A stretch of 34,601 nucleotides of DNA from an uncultured Oscillospiraceae bacterium. GTDB taxonomy: Bacteria > Bacillota > Clostridia > Peptostreptococcales > Anaerovoracaceae. The stretch spans positions 1 to 34,601 of the forward strand of contig CAZTHD010000001.1 in assembly GCA_964613315.1 (NCBI GenBank), given 5' to 3'. The notes under the pieces are model-generated. The model searched no databases. It saw only the letters and a list, made by a program, of their open reading frames with translations, and was not told the origin of the DNA. The number at the start of each line of letters is the position of its first letter. The stretch's first letter is position 1. The position numbers and the translations under genes were made by a program. This document shows, in pieces, positions 16,762 through 25,124 of this stretch.

Positions 16762-16931
16762 GAATCGTGAATGGTGGTATACTATTATTGAAATTGATTT
16801 TACAAAGGAATCATAGGAGAATGATGATCGCCCGCTCATATGGCGTTAAACCTGGAGTATGTGAAAGGAAGCGATGTTAGAAATCCGAGTAGCAATAAAT
16901 ATCAGCACTATGGTATCGCTTTCCGGTGCTG

Positions 16932-16940
16932 TGGTATAAT
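16932..16940 (+). promoter_or_regulatory. Extended -10 element (TGgTATAAT)
   Basis: TGGTATAAT at 16932-16940, about 30 nt upstream of the ATG at 16972. Confidence 0.4.
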
Positions 16941-16971
16941 AAAGCGAAGTACCGACAGAGAGGAATGTAAG

Positions 16972-17604
16972 ATGCCAATATATGAACTGGACTATGGAAA
17001 AGAAGTAGACTTTTCTCGCAAGATGGCTAAGGTCGTAACTAAAGCCCAGGAAGAGCTCCCTGAAGATGTTTCTTCCAAGTTATTCTGTGGAACCAACATT
17101 TTAGTGGACTATTCGTGCTTTGAAAAAGAACAGATCATCCTTATGGTCGTTTACGATAATTGGGATGAGCAGTATTCATTAAAAAAGAAAGGTTTGGATT
17201 TAGCAAAGAAAACTTTAACTCCAATTATCAAGGATGTTTTCGGTGAGAAATATCGTCTCATGGCTATGTTTGCGAACAATAAGTACAGGATGTGGATTCC
17301 CAAGTATTACCTAATTAATAAATCAGGTCATAAGGAACTGGCTGCAGAGCTTCATGACCATGTATTCAGGTACTACAAGGGTAAATGGCATAAAACAAAG
17401 GATCAGGACTATATCAGTAATTACTTATTCGGTATTGATCCAACCCAACCGGAAAGTTTAGAGAATTTCGGTAATCAGGAAATACAGGATATGATTAGAG
17501 AATTATCCAAAAAGGAAGCAGAAGTGTTTTTAAATGGCAAAATCGATGAAGACTGGTTCTACGACGAGTTTTTGAAATCATATGAAAAGGAGGAGTATTT
17601 GTAA
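16972..17604 (+). CDS. Hypothetical protein (orphan, 210 aa)
   Basis: ATG at 16972 has RBS AGAGAGGA and lies downstream of the extended -10; the track ORF start 16840 lies upstream of it. No motif recognised. Confidence 0.6.
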   Translation: MPIYELDYGKEVDFSRKMAKVVTKAQEELPEDVSSKLFCGTNILVDYSCFEKEQIILMVVYDNWDEQYSLKKKGLDLAKKTLTPIIKDVFGEKYRLMAMFANNKYRMWIPKYYLINKSGHKELAAELHDHVFRYYKGKWHKTKDQDYISNYLFGIDPTQPESLENFGNQEIQDMIRELSKKEAEVFLNGKIDEDWFYDEFLKSYEKEEYL

Positions 17605-17831
17605 TGTCAGATGAAGAGATTTTGATTGCGTATTTTGGTGGCAGACCGCAGTGGACTGGTAATAAGCTCTACAAGATTGGCGATATGCGTGTGGAGTATT
17701 CTGGCGCTAAGCTTTATAAGGTTGGAGGCGCAAGAATCGAGTATTCGGGCAACAAACTGTATAAGATCAACGGAGAGCGTGTTGAGTGGAGCGGGACTAA
17801 GGTAACAAAAATAGGCAACAGAAGGATGTAA
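17604..17831 (+). CDS. Small protein made of four tandem ~15-residue repeats
   Basis: GNKLYKIGDMRVEYS / GAKLYKVGGARIEYS / GNKLYKINGERVEWS / GTKVTKIGNRRM. Start overlaps the upstream stop (TAATG). Confidence 0.6.
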   Translation: MSDEEILIAYFGGRPQWTGNKLYKIGDMRVEYSGAKLYKVGGARIEYSGNKLYKINGERVEWSGTKVTKIGNRRM

Positions 17832-17865
17832 CGTGTTTTTGTAAAAAGTGCAGATGTGCGATTAA

Positions 17866-17897
17866 CATAAAAATGAGGCTATTGCCTCATTTTTATG
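17866..17897. terminator. Bidirectional rho-independent terminator
   Basis: cataaaaatgaggc tatt gcctcatttttatg, a perfect 14-bp inverted repeat with an A-run before and T-run after. Lies between convergent genes. Confidence 0.8.
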
Positions 17898-17902
17898 TTA
17901 GT

Positions 17903-18769
17903 TTAATTCAGGTTATTACCGTGCTCGTTTCTGGAATCAAAGACTTTTTTCCAGTAGTTTTCCCTATCTAATATATATTTGGAATCGTTACTGAAAAAAA
18001 CCTCTAATAAAGAAAACTGGAAATACTGCGCATAATTATCGTTTTCCTGCAAAAGATTAATCAGCCCTTTATTATTCCCGGTTCCACCGGTATAAACATA
18101 GGTTGACCATCTTTGCCAAATACCTTCTTCCCCATATGCGCTTCCGATATAGAGTTTTCCTGTTGATGTGTCTGTTATGACATAAATACCATAAACATTA
18201 GAAAGGGCTTGTCTCCAATTATCTGTATTTTGTGTAACGAGAAGTTCAAGTTCTTTAAATGAAAGTCGGACTTTATCATAGCCGGGAAATACTTTATTAG
18301 TCTTAATGTAAGGCTTATTTAGTATCTCTATCACTTCAATAGTTTCTATATTCTGAATATCGATTTTTGCCTGTTTGTCTCCCTGGTGTTTCTGATATTT
18401 AATTATGAGCCTTTCCTTGTAGCATGAGAAACGGTCAAGTTCCTGGAGGTCATATAGCTCTGCTCCATCACCTCTATTTATGATCCCGTTTACTTTGAAC
18501 GCTCCAAGAAAAAGCCAATTGTCCCACTTTTTATCTTGATCTAGTCGTATGAATTGCAGGCAATAATCGGTATTGATGACTCTAAAGCTCTTTTTTCCTG
18601 GGCTTTTTTTCCATGATATGTGTTCTATCAAACGTGCGTGGTTCTCACTGTTAAAAGAATATACACCGTCTTTTGACTCTGTCGCATTGTTTAAGCACAA
18701 AGTCCAGTCATTGTATTCTTCCTGGTTCAGGTTTAATATATCCGACAGATGTATACATTTGGTACTCAT
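17903..18769 (-). CDS. GIY-YIG nuclease (I-TevI-like catalytic domain at the C-terminus) with ~190-aa unknown N-terminal domain
   Basis: VYGIYVITDTSTGKLYIGSAYGEEGIWQRWSTY ... LDRENYWKKVFDSRNEHGNNLN gives GIY-x10-YIG plus the conserved Arg, Glu and Asn. Confidence 0.8.
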   Translation of the reverse strand: MSTKCIHLSDILNLNQEEYNDWTLCLNNATESKDGVYSFNSENHARLIEHISWKKSPGKKSFRVINTDYCLQFIRLDQDKKWDNWLFLGAFKVNGIINRGDGAELYDLQELDRFSCYKERLIIKYQKHQGDKQAKIDIQNIETIEVIEILNKPYIKTNKVFPGYDKVRLSFKELELLVTQNTDNWRQALSNVYGIYVITDTSTGKLYIGSAYGEEGIWQRWSTYVYTGGTGNNKGLINLLQENDNYAQYFQFSLLEVFFSNDSKYILDRENYWKKVFDSRNEHGNNLN

Positions 18770-18808
18770 TTTTCATTCCTCCGGTTATAGTACTTCGAGT
18801 TGTTATAG

Positions 18809-19396
18809 TTAATCTTTTGTGTAAATCCATTGCTCAGGTCCTGTATCTCTCATCAGAGTAGCGGGATCTTTGAACTTCGTTAGAAATAATGCTGTCATAT
18901 ACATATCTCCGATACATCCGGAAAAGTGTAATGAAAAAATAATCCCTATTACCAGATACCAGCCTTGATCAACTCGGTATAGCCAGACCAAGAGTGGAAT
19001 CAGGATGACTGAAAAGAGTGTGAGCGGTGCGACCAGAGATTTAAGAGCAGTATTCCTATAGGTGTATATGTCCGGCACTCCGCAAAAGGCTGCGGACCAG
19101 GTTATACCGAAGCGCAGTTTCTCCTTTGTCAAAATCTTATATACTGCTCCGTGAGTAAGTTCGTGAAGGATGATATAAGCAATCATCGATATCAGCAAAA
19201 CCAGATTGTACTTCATTAGTTTACCCAAATTTATGGTGATGTTATCCAGAGTCTTGAAAAAGAAGAAGATAAGTGCTGCTGCAATAATAAGAGAACCCAG
19301 TGTAAATAAGATCCCGGTTTTCTTGTTGGCAGCATCGATGTGATACGCTTCCTTATATCCATCAGGTATTGTTCGTTCAAATGTGATATGTTCCAT
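18809..19396 (-). CDS. Multi-pass membrane zincin-like peptidase (DUF3267-like)
   Basis: 195 aa with several hydrophobic helices and HELTHG (HExxH) adjacent to a helix. 39 nt upstream of the GIY-YIG gene on the same strand. Confidence 0.65.
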   Translation of the reverse strand: MEHITFERTIPDGYKEAYHIDAANKKTGILFTLGSLIIAAALIFFFFKTLDNITINLGKLMKYNLVLLISMIAYIILHELTHGAVYKILTKEKLRFGITWSAAFCGVPDIYTYRNTALKSLVAPLTLFSVILIPLLVWLYRVDQGWYLVIGIIFSLHFSGCIGDMYMTALFLTKFKDPATLMRDTGPEQWIYTKD

Positions 19397-19695
19397 AATC
19401 TAATCTATGTCCTACAAAAATTCTGAAATCATTACAGTATGGTATTGTATCACATACTGTCAAATGATATCATAGTCATGTTCTGGATATGGACAATCTT
19501 TCGAAGTAATTCAATAATGTGTATCATTTGTCCCGTTTATGCAAGTGGGCGGTCAAGTGAAAAGCCTTATAAAAACTATTTTGACTGATTGGACCGTAAC
19601 GGTTGAAGTGATGCAATGCGTTGCATTTTCTTTAATAACCGGAGCAGGTCTTTTTTCGTGTCCGGAATGAGAATAATCATAACGGAGGCAATAGT

Positions 19696-20580
19696 ATGAA
19701 AACAAAAAAACCATTAAAACCAAATGAGATTGGTGCTATCCGCAAGACGATTGCGGAAAAAACAGGAGTGAATCTGAAGTCGTATCTTATAGAGCAGGCT
19801 TTTACCAGGAGCTCATACTCCAGGAGATACGGTGGTGGAAATAATGAGAACTTTGAGTACATAGGAGACACTTTTCTCTCTTTCTGTGTAGTGCGCCTGC
19901 TTTGTAATCATTACGGCACTATCCATTCAGATGATGAGGAATGTATTTACACTTTTCGTGCACACGAAAAGGATTTTACAACCCTTAAGAGCAGACTTGT
20001 CAGTAACCATACACTTGCAGAGATTATAGATGAATGGGATTTGTGTCAGTATCTGATTGTCGGGCAGTCTGACATTGATAATGAGATCGATAAGCAGGAG
20101 AAAATAAAAGCAGATCTTCTCGAGGCGATAATCGGTGCCATGGCTATTCAGCTTCAGTGGAATGTAGAAAGAATGGAAGAAGTGATTTCGAATATTCTGC
20201 CGGTTGAAGAGTATATTCTGGATTATGAAAAGACCCAGTTTAGGCCGCCTGAGTATAGTGCTGAGAACGCAATAAACACATTGAAGGAACTGGCAGAACA
20301 CGAAAGATGTTCGTTCCCGCAGTATGATATAGATGGGCCTGAGAACCTTGGATATAACGATAATGGTGATCCCATTTGGGCATGCCACTGTACCGTTCAG
20401 AACTATGGTTTATCGAAAGTTGTATTTGCACACTCAAAAAAGGATGCAAAAAAATATGCAGCGTATCTGGTTCTGTGCGACATGTTTGAAATGCCAAATG
20501 AATATGGTCCAAGTAAAAGCCTGGCATGCTGGCAATGGGATGGAAACAGACTGGATATAAATACATCCAGGGACTTCTAA
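19696..20580 (+). CDS. RNase III family protein (catalytic domain + dsRBD), divergent accessory copy
   Basis: LIEQAFTRSSYS, NENFEYIGDTFL (cf. NERLEFLGDA), KADLLEAIIGAMAI (cf. DxFEAxxGA). C-terminal dsRBD-like INTLKELAE...AHSKKDAKKYAAYLVL. At 294 aa it is longer than a typical Rnc. Confidence 0.8.
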   Translation: MKTKKPLKPNEIGAIRKTIAEKTGVNLKSYLIEQAFTRSSYSRRYGGGNNENFEYIGDTFLSFCVVRLLCNHYGTIHSDDEECIYTFRAHEKDFTTLKSRLVSNHTLAEIIDEWDLCQYLIVGQSDIDNEIDKQEKIKADLLEAIIGAMAIQLQWNVERMEEVISNILPVEEYILDYEKTQFRPPEYSAENAINTLKELAEHERCSFPQYDIDGPENLGYNDNGDPIWACHCTVQNYGLSKVVFAHSKKDAKKYAAYLVLCDMFEMPNEYGPSKSLACWQWDGNRLDINTSRDF

Positions 20581-20641
20581 ACAATGGCCAGGAACAAATA
20601 ACAGTATCGAAAACCAGAGTGCTCGCATGTGGCCGGACGAA

Positions 20642-20674
20642 GGGTAGTACAAATTTAAGTACTACCCTTTTGTT
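20642..20674 (+). terminator. Rho-independent terminator after the RNase III gene
   Basis: gggtagtac / gtactaccc stem followed by ttttgtt. Confidence 0.75.
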
Positions 20675-20755
20675 ATAATGTATGATGAAAGACATGCCCC
20701 TTGACAACTGAATATAGTAAAAATATCACTTAAGTCCTATTAGAGAGGTAAATCA

Positions 20756-21106
20756 ATGGAGTTAAAAGAAGTTCCGAATTATATTCTCGATTCTCAGACA
20801 AAAAGCGGGTCTCGTATGACATCATTTGCCGTAGATCTGACAGAAGCCGTTCTGGATTTCCAGAATTGGGTTGAAGAGGCAAACTTAACTGAAAAAGAGA
20901 TGTGGTATACAGATGTGTTTGAATTTATGTCGAAAAAGCATATAGCCACAATACGTATTAATGAAAATGGACTGGCAATAATAATCCCTGCCCCTGAAAA
21001 ATCTAGGGTGAAACTGTTTTCAAGAAATCGATTTGTTGCAAGAATGAAGGGCGAATTGAAAATACGAGGGAAAGATAAGTCTGATAGTAGGAAAGAATGG
21101 AAATAA
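20756..21106 (+). CDS. Hypothetical protein
   Basis: 116-aa ORF with RBS AGAGAGG. No motif recognised. Confidence 0.5.
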   Translation: MELKEVPNYILDSQTKSGSRMTSFAVDLTEAVLDFQNWVEEANLTEKEMWYTDVFEFMSKKHIATIRINENGLAIIIPAPEKSRVKLFSRNRFVARMKGELKIRGKDKSDSRKEWK

Positions 21107-21117
21107 TAAGGTATATC

Positions 21118-21154
21118 ATGCTATTATGCAATATGTGGGATTGCATAATAGCAT
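21118..21154. promoter_or_regulatory. Perfect 15-bp-stem hairpin between the 116-aa ORF and the PD-(D/E)xK ORF
   Basis: atgctattatgcaat (21118-21132) / attgcataatagcat (21140-21154) with 7-nt loop. The downstream agtgtttta is only weakly T-rich, so it could be a terminator or an operator. Confidence 0.5.
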
Positions 21155-21175
21155 AGTGTTTTATGGAGGCTAGAT

Positions 21176-21790
21176 TTGAATTATTGTTACTGTGGGCAAA
21201 TCCATAACTTTTTGAAGATTAGCGAAGATGAGTGGATGGGACAAATGTCTCGAAATCTATACGAACGATACAAAACGGCAGCCAATCAACCACTTATGGA
21301 TTCATGGAGAGACTGTTTTCAGCATCTACAAAGGGAGTTTTCAAAACTGCCGAATGACTATTTAAACCTATATATTGTTTTTGAATATGGGGTTCCTTCC
21401 GCGGATCCAAGATATGCAACTCGCCGATATCCACGAGATAGGGCAGATGTTATTATATGGGACAAAAAAACTGCACTCGTTCTTGAGTTTAAGCGTGAAC
21501 AGTATTTGCCTAAAAATGATTACCGAGAATATGAAAGGCAATTACACAATTACTACAAAATGATTAATGAGGTTCACAGATATGGAAAGAATCAGAAGGT
21601 GGAATCTGCCTTTGTTTTCACAAACTGTCAAGACGAGATGAATATCATCCCAAGGGAGTGGGATTATGGTGGAACATATTATATATGCTCACAAAGCGGT
21701 GTATCTGATTTGATATGTAAAATTTTTGATTGTGTCGAGACCATGTCGGCAAAAGAGTTTTCTATGTGGATTGGGTATTGTTTTAATTAG
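21176..21790 (+). CDS. Stand-alone PD-(D/E)xK nuclease-fold protein resembling the N-terminal module of DUF2075/NERD-type proteins
   Basis: IVFEYGVP...RADVIIWDKKTALVLEFKRE gives E...D...ExK. TTG start is preceded by GGAGG at 6 nt. Confidence 0.5.
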   Translation: MNYCYCGQIHNFLKISEDEWMGQMSRNLYERYKTAANQPLMDSWRDCFQHLQREFSKLPNDYLNLYIVFEYGVPSADPRYATRRYPRDRADVIIWDKKTALVLEFKREQYLPKNDYREYERQLHNYYKMINEVHRYGKNQKVESAFVFTNCQDEMNIIPREWDYGGTYYICSQSGVSDLICKIFDCVETMSAKEFSMWIGYCFN

Positions 21791-21928
21791 ATATTATTTG
21801 TTTGTAGGACTCTTAAGACATAGTGTTTTGAAGTCATGGTAAGATCTGTATGAACGTTGGTTTGTTACTGTTAGGAAACCTTCATTAAAGGTAATAACTC
21901 AAAAAAAACACCAAAAGTTATTTATCAA

Positions 21929-21937
21929 TGGTATAAT
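21929..21937 (+). promoter_or_regulatory. Extended -10 element (TGgTATAAT)
   Basis: TGGTATAAT about 43 nt upstream of the ATG at 21980. Confidence 0.4.
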
Positions 21938-21979
21938 TAGTAAAAATATAAATTAAGATTGATGATAGGAGGAGTCATT

Positions 21980-22813
21980 ATGCCAAAAAGTTGGAAGACT
22001 GCTGAAGAAAAGGAAGAAAGCCCAAAGAAAAAAGGGATATTATGGAAAATATTATTAGCGTTGGTTGTTATTGGTTTACTTGGTTCTACGATGAATAAGG
22101 ATCCGAAGGATTCGAATTCTTCTTCCGGAAAAAGCAACACAGATAATACTGCTAGTGTTATCGTTGCAGATTTTAGCACAATGACATTGGATGAAATTAC
22201 TAAGTGGGCTGAAGATAATAATGTTACTGTCAAGTTCGTACAAGAGTATTCAGAATCAGTACCAGATGGAGAGTATATTAAACAGAACAAAGATGTAAAC
22301 GCTACGGTAAAACCTGGAACAACAATTTCAGTTTCATACTCAATGGGTCCCGAACCATCAACAGAGTATAAAAATGCATTAAAGCGAGCTGAAACCTATT
22401 CAAAAACATTGCACATGTCAAAAGAAGGGATATACCAGCAGCTTGTTTCAGAATATGGAGAAGGATTTCCGGCAGATGCTGCAAAATGGGCAATTGAGCA
22501 TCTTAATGCAGATTACAAATACAATGCACTAAAAAAGGCAGAATCCTATTCAAATTCTATGTATATGTCAAAGAAAGGCATATACAATCAGTTGATTTCT
22601 GCTTATGGCGAAAATTTCACTAAAGAAGAAGCACAATATGCAATTGATAATTTAGATGCAGATTACAATAAAAATGCACTTATGAAAGCAAAGACATATG
22701 AGAGCAGTATGAATATGTCGAGGAGTGCTATTTATGATCAACTAGTGTCGGAATATGGTGAGGCATTTACTCCGGAAGAAGCACAATATGCTATTGATCA
22801 TTTGAGTGACTGA
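21980..22813 (+). CDS. Membrane-anchored PASTA-like domain protein with three Ltp-family (superinfection-exclusion type) repeats
   Basis: TM segment ILWKILLALVVIGLLG and a PASTA-like VADFSTMTLDEITKWAEDNNVTVKF..VKPGTTISVSYSMG. Three repeats of YKNALKRAETYSKTLHMSKEGIYQQLVSEYGEGF..EAQYAIDHL, the Ltp pattern. Confidence 0.75.
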   Translation: MPKSWKTAEEKEESPKKKGILWKILLALVVIGLLGSTMNKDPKDSNSSSGKSNTDNTASVIVADFSTMTLDEITKWAEDNNVTVKFVQEYSESVPDGEYIKQNKDVNATVKPGTTISVSYSMGPEPSTEYKNALKRAETYSKTLHMSKEGIYQQLVSEYGEGFPADAAKWAIEHLNADYKYNALKKAESYSNSMYMSKKGIYNQLISAYGENFTKEEAQYAIDNLDADYNKNALMKAKTYESSMNMSRSAIYDQLVSEYGEAFTPEEAQYAIDHLSD

Positions 22814-22874
22814 TTTAGTGTTTCGTTTAATCATTTATACGCTAATCAACAGGTAATTGGAATATAGCATTGTT

Positions 22875-22900
22875 GGCCCTGCATTGTGCAGGGCCTTTTT
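22875..22900 (+). terminator. Rho-independent terminator
   Basis: ggccctgca ttg tgcagggcc followed by ttttt. Confidence 0.8.
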
Positions 22901-22901
22901 G

Positions 22902-22910
22902 TGATATAAT
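22902..22910 (+). promoter_or_regulatory. Extended -10 element (TGaTATAAT)
   Basis: Lies immediately after the terminator and upstream of the nucleotidyltransferase gene. Confidence 0.4.
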
Positions 22911-22962
22911 GAAGAGAGTTTTTTCCAGGAGAAGAAAGCAATATGTGTTAGCTAGTATAGGA

Positions 22963-23748
22963 ATGGGCATACAAGAAGAAATAGGTGAAAAACTTAAAGA
23001 GATAGAGGAAAAAGAAAACGTCAAGATCCTTTACTGTGTAGAGTCGGGAAGCAGAGCATGGGGCTTTGCTTCACCGGACAGCGATTATGATGTCCGTTTC
23101 ATCTATGTGCATCAGGCGGATTGGTACCTCAAGCTCGAAAAGACAAGAGATGTTATAGAGTGGCAGCTTGATGATGTCCTCGACATAAACGGATGGGATT
23201 TTAAAAAGACCCTGACGCTTCTTCACTCTTCCAACCCTACTATTTTCGAGTGGAACCAGTCACCGATAGTGTACAAGACAACTTCGGAGTGGAAGGTTGT
23301 TTCCGACATTATAAATAACTACTTCGTACAGAAGTCGGGGCTGCATCACTATCTGAGTACTGCTAAGAGCAATTACAGGGAGTATCTTAAAGGAGATATC
23401 GTCAGGGTGAAAAAGTATTTTTATGTGTTAAGGCCTATTTTGGCATGCAAATGGATACTTAAGAATCAGACACCGCCCCCTATGCTTTTTTCGGAATTGA
23501 CAGAGGCTTGTCTTGAAGAAGAAATGAAAGAACCTGTGCGGGAACTCCTAAGGATAAAAACGGAGACTCCCGAGATCGGCGAGGCAAAGAGGATAGACGT
23601 TATAAACGAATATATTGACAGAACTATCCCGGAGATCGAAAAGCTCATCGAGGACCTTCCTGCAGAACAAACTGCAGGATGGGAAGATCTCGATGCTGTA
23701 TTTATGGACATATTGAAGGGATTGAGATCATCGTGGCGACAACAGTAA
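22963..23748 (+). CDS. Pol-beta superfamily nucleotidyltransferase (RlaP-like)
   Basis: VKILYCVESGSRAWGFASPDSDYDVRFIYV gives the GS...DxD signature. I chose the ATG at 22963 because the track ORF start (22870) lies inside the upstream terminator. Confidence 0.7.
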   Translation: MGIQEEIGEKLKEIEEKENVKILYCVESGSRAWGFASPDSDYDVRFIYVHQADWYLKLEKTRDVIEWQLDDVLDINGWDFKKTLTLLHSSNPTIFEWNQSPIVYKTTSEWKVVSDIINNYFVQKSGLHHYLSTAKSNYREYLKGDIVRVKKYFYVLRPILACKWILKNQTPPPMLFSELTEACLEEEMKEPVRELLRIKTETPEIGEAKRIDVINEYIDRTIPEIEKLIEDLPAEQTAGWEDLDAVFMDILKGLRSSWRQQ

Positions 23749-23814
23749 TAACAAGAAAAATATATGATTTGGAATTAGAAGTATACAGTGCTCAATAGTA
23801 TTATTTGAAAAATT

Positions 23815-25116
23815 ATGACATTAAAGCAATCATTTCATAATTTCAACCACAGACTATACCTGGCACTGCTGATCTTGGGGCTTTGTCCGACGATCTATAC
23901 GACTGCCAGGGTGTTTTTTCTTGGACAGCTTCCGGGCGACTGGTCTTTTTCTATTGCGGGACAGCTGTCCTGGGTCAATCTTATATATGAAGTAATAAAC
24001 GAGGCGATCATTTTGCCTCTGTTCTTTTTCTTGGGTAAGGATAAAAAAGATAAATATGTATTTTCGAACAGGGTAAGGACAGGTCTTTTGATCACGTTCT
24101 TTGTGTATGTGGTGCTCTTCGCTCTGATCATGATATTTGCAAGACCACTGCTTTTTCTGATGGCTGCTGATGAAAGCATACTTGAGCCTTCTGTTTCATA
24201 TATACGCATAGAAAGCATCGCAAATATCTTTTCTGTACTTTCTCAGTTTTCGCTTGTGGCTTTGGTCTCGGTGAATAAGAGCAGGTACATCTATATCATA
24301 ACTTTCTTAAGGCTCATTTTATCTCTTGTGACCGATACGTTCCTTGTATCCTCTCTTCCGATCTCCTTAAATCTCGGAGTTGACGGTATAGGGTATTCCA
24401 ATATCATAGTGAACCTAATACTATTTATTCTAACTGTTGTCCTGCTTGAGAAAGAGAACATACGGGTATGGAGAAAAGAGAGACCTGATTTCAGATGGAC
24501 GAAGGAATTCTTTAAGATCGGAGGGATATCAGGTCTTGAATCCTTTGTCAGAAATCTTGCATATATGGTAATGATCTCCCGCATGGTAAATGTAGTAGGA
24601 GAACAGGGCACATATTGGGTCGCAAATAATTTCATCTGGGGATGGCTTTTGCTTCCGGTGATACAGCTCGGAGAGCTCATAAAAGAAGAAGTTGCAGAAA
24701 ATATAGAAAACGTTAAGAAGAAATCTCTGGGATACTTTGCAGTCACCGGTGTTATTTGCGTACTTTGGTTTTTAAGCATTCCGCTTTGGAAACCGTTCAT
24801 GATACATATACTGCAGTTCGCGGAAGCAGATAAACTGTACGATTTAGTCCTTGTACTGATAGGCTTTTACGTTCTTTATGCTTTTCAGAATGTATTCGAT
24901 GCAACTTTCTACGGCCTCGGAAAAACGGGATATATGCTTTTCGAGTCTGTAGTGACAAATACGGTATATTACGGGATAGCGTTCATCCTATATATCAAGG
25001 GTATATGGATCCCAACGCTTACAGGTATAGCATTGCTCTTCGGTATAGGAATGGCATTTGACAGTATAGTATCCTTTGGTGCATATTGGTACATGGTGAG
25101 AAAAGAACTAGGCTAG
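23815..25116 (+). CDS. Polytopic membrane protein, MATE/MOP-superfamily-like transporter (tentative)
   Basis: 433 aa with about 12 hydrophobic segments. The family call rests on overall resemblance only. Confidence 0.45.
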   Translation: MTLKQSFHNFNHRLYLALLILGLCPTIYTTARVFFLGQLPGDWSFSIAGQLSWVNLIYEVINEAIILPLFFFLGKDKKDKYVFSNRVRTGLLITFFVYVVLFALIMIFARPLLFLMAADESILEPSVSYIRIESIANIFSVLSQFSLVALVSVNKSRYIYIITFLRLILSLVTDTFLVSSLPISLNLGVDGIGYSNIIVNLILFILTVVLLEKENIRVWRKERPDFRWTKEFFKIGGISGLESFVRNLAYMVMISRMVNVVGEQGTYWVANNFIWGWLLLPVIQLGELIKEEVAENIENVKKKSLGYFAVTGVICVLWFLSIPLWKPFMIHILQFAEADKLYDLVLVLIGFYVLYAFQNVFDATFYGLGKTGYMLFESVVTNTVYYGIAFILYIKGIWIPTLTGIALLFGIGMAFDSIVSFGAYWYMVRKELG

Positions 25117-25124
25117 ATACAAAG

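Noticed and set aside
16840-16971. 44-codon N-terminal extension of the 254-aa ORF
   Set aside because: The extended -10 element at 16932-16940 lies inside it, and the internal ATG at 16972 has a good RBS. The shorter CDS is more likely, although the longer form cannot be excluded.
20240-20707. 155-aa and 72-aa minus-strand ORFs antisense to the RNase III gene 3-prime end
   Set aside because: They overlap a CDS with clear RNase III/dsRBD motifs and cross its terminator. They have no RBS.
22870-22962. N-terminal extension of the nucleotidyltransferase ORF
   Set aside because: It would start inside the terminator hairpin of the upstream gene (22875-22900). Family members usually begin about 20 aa before the ILY..ESGSRAWG motif.
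24291-24800. 169-aa minus-strand ORF inside the MATE-like gene (and 30771-31307 inside the MFS genes)
   Set aside because: These are antisense to long hydrophobic-helix coding frames, with no independent signals.
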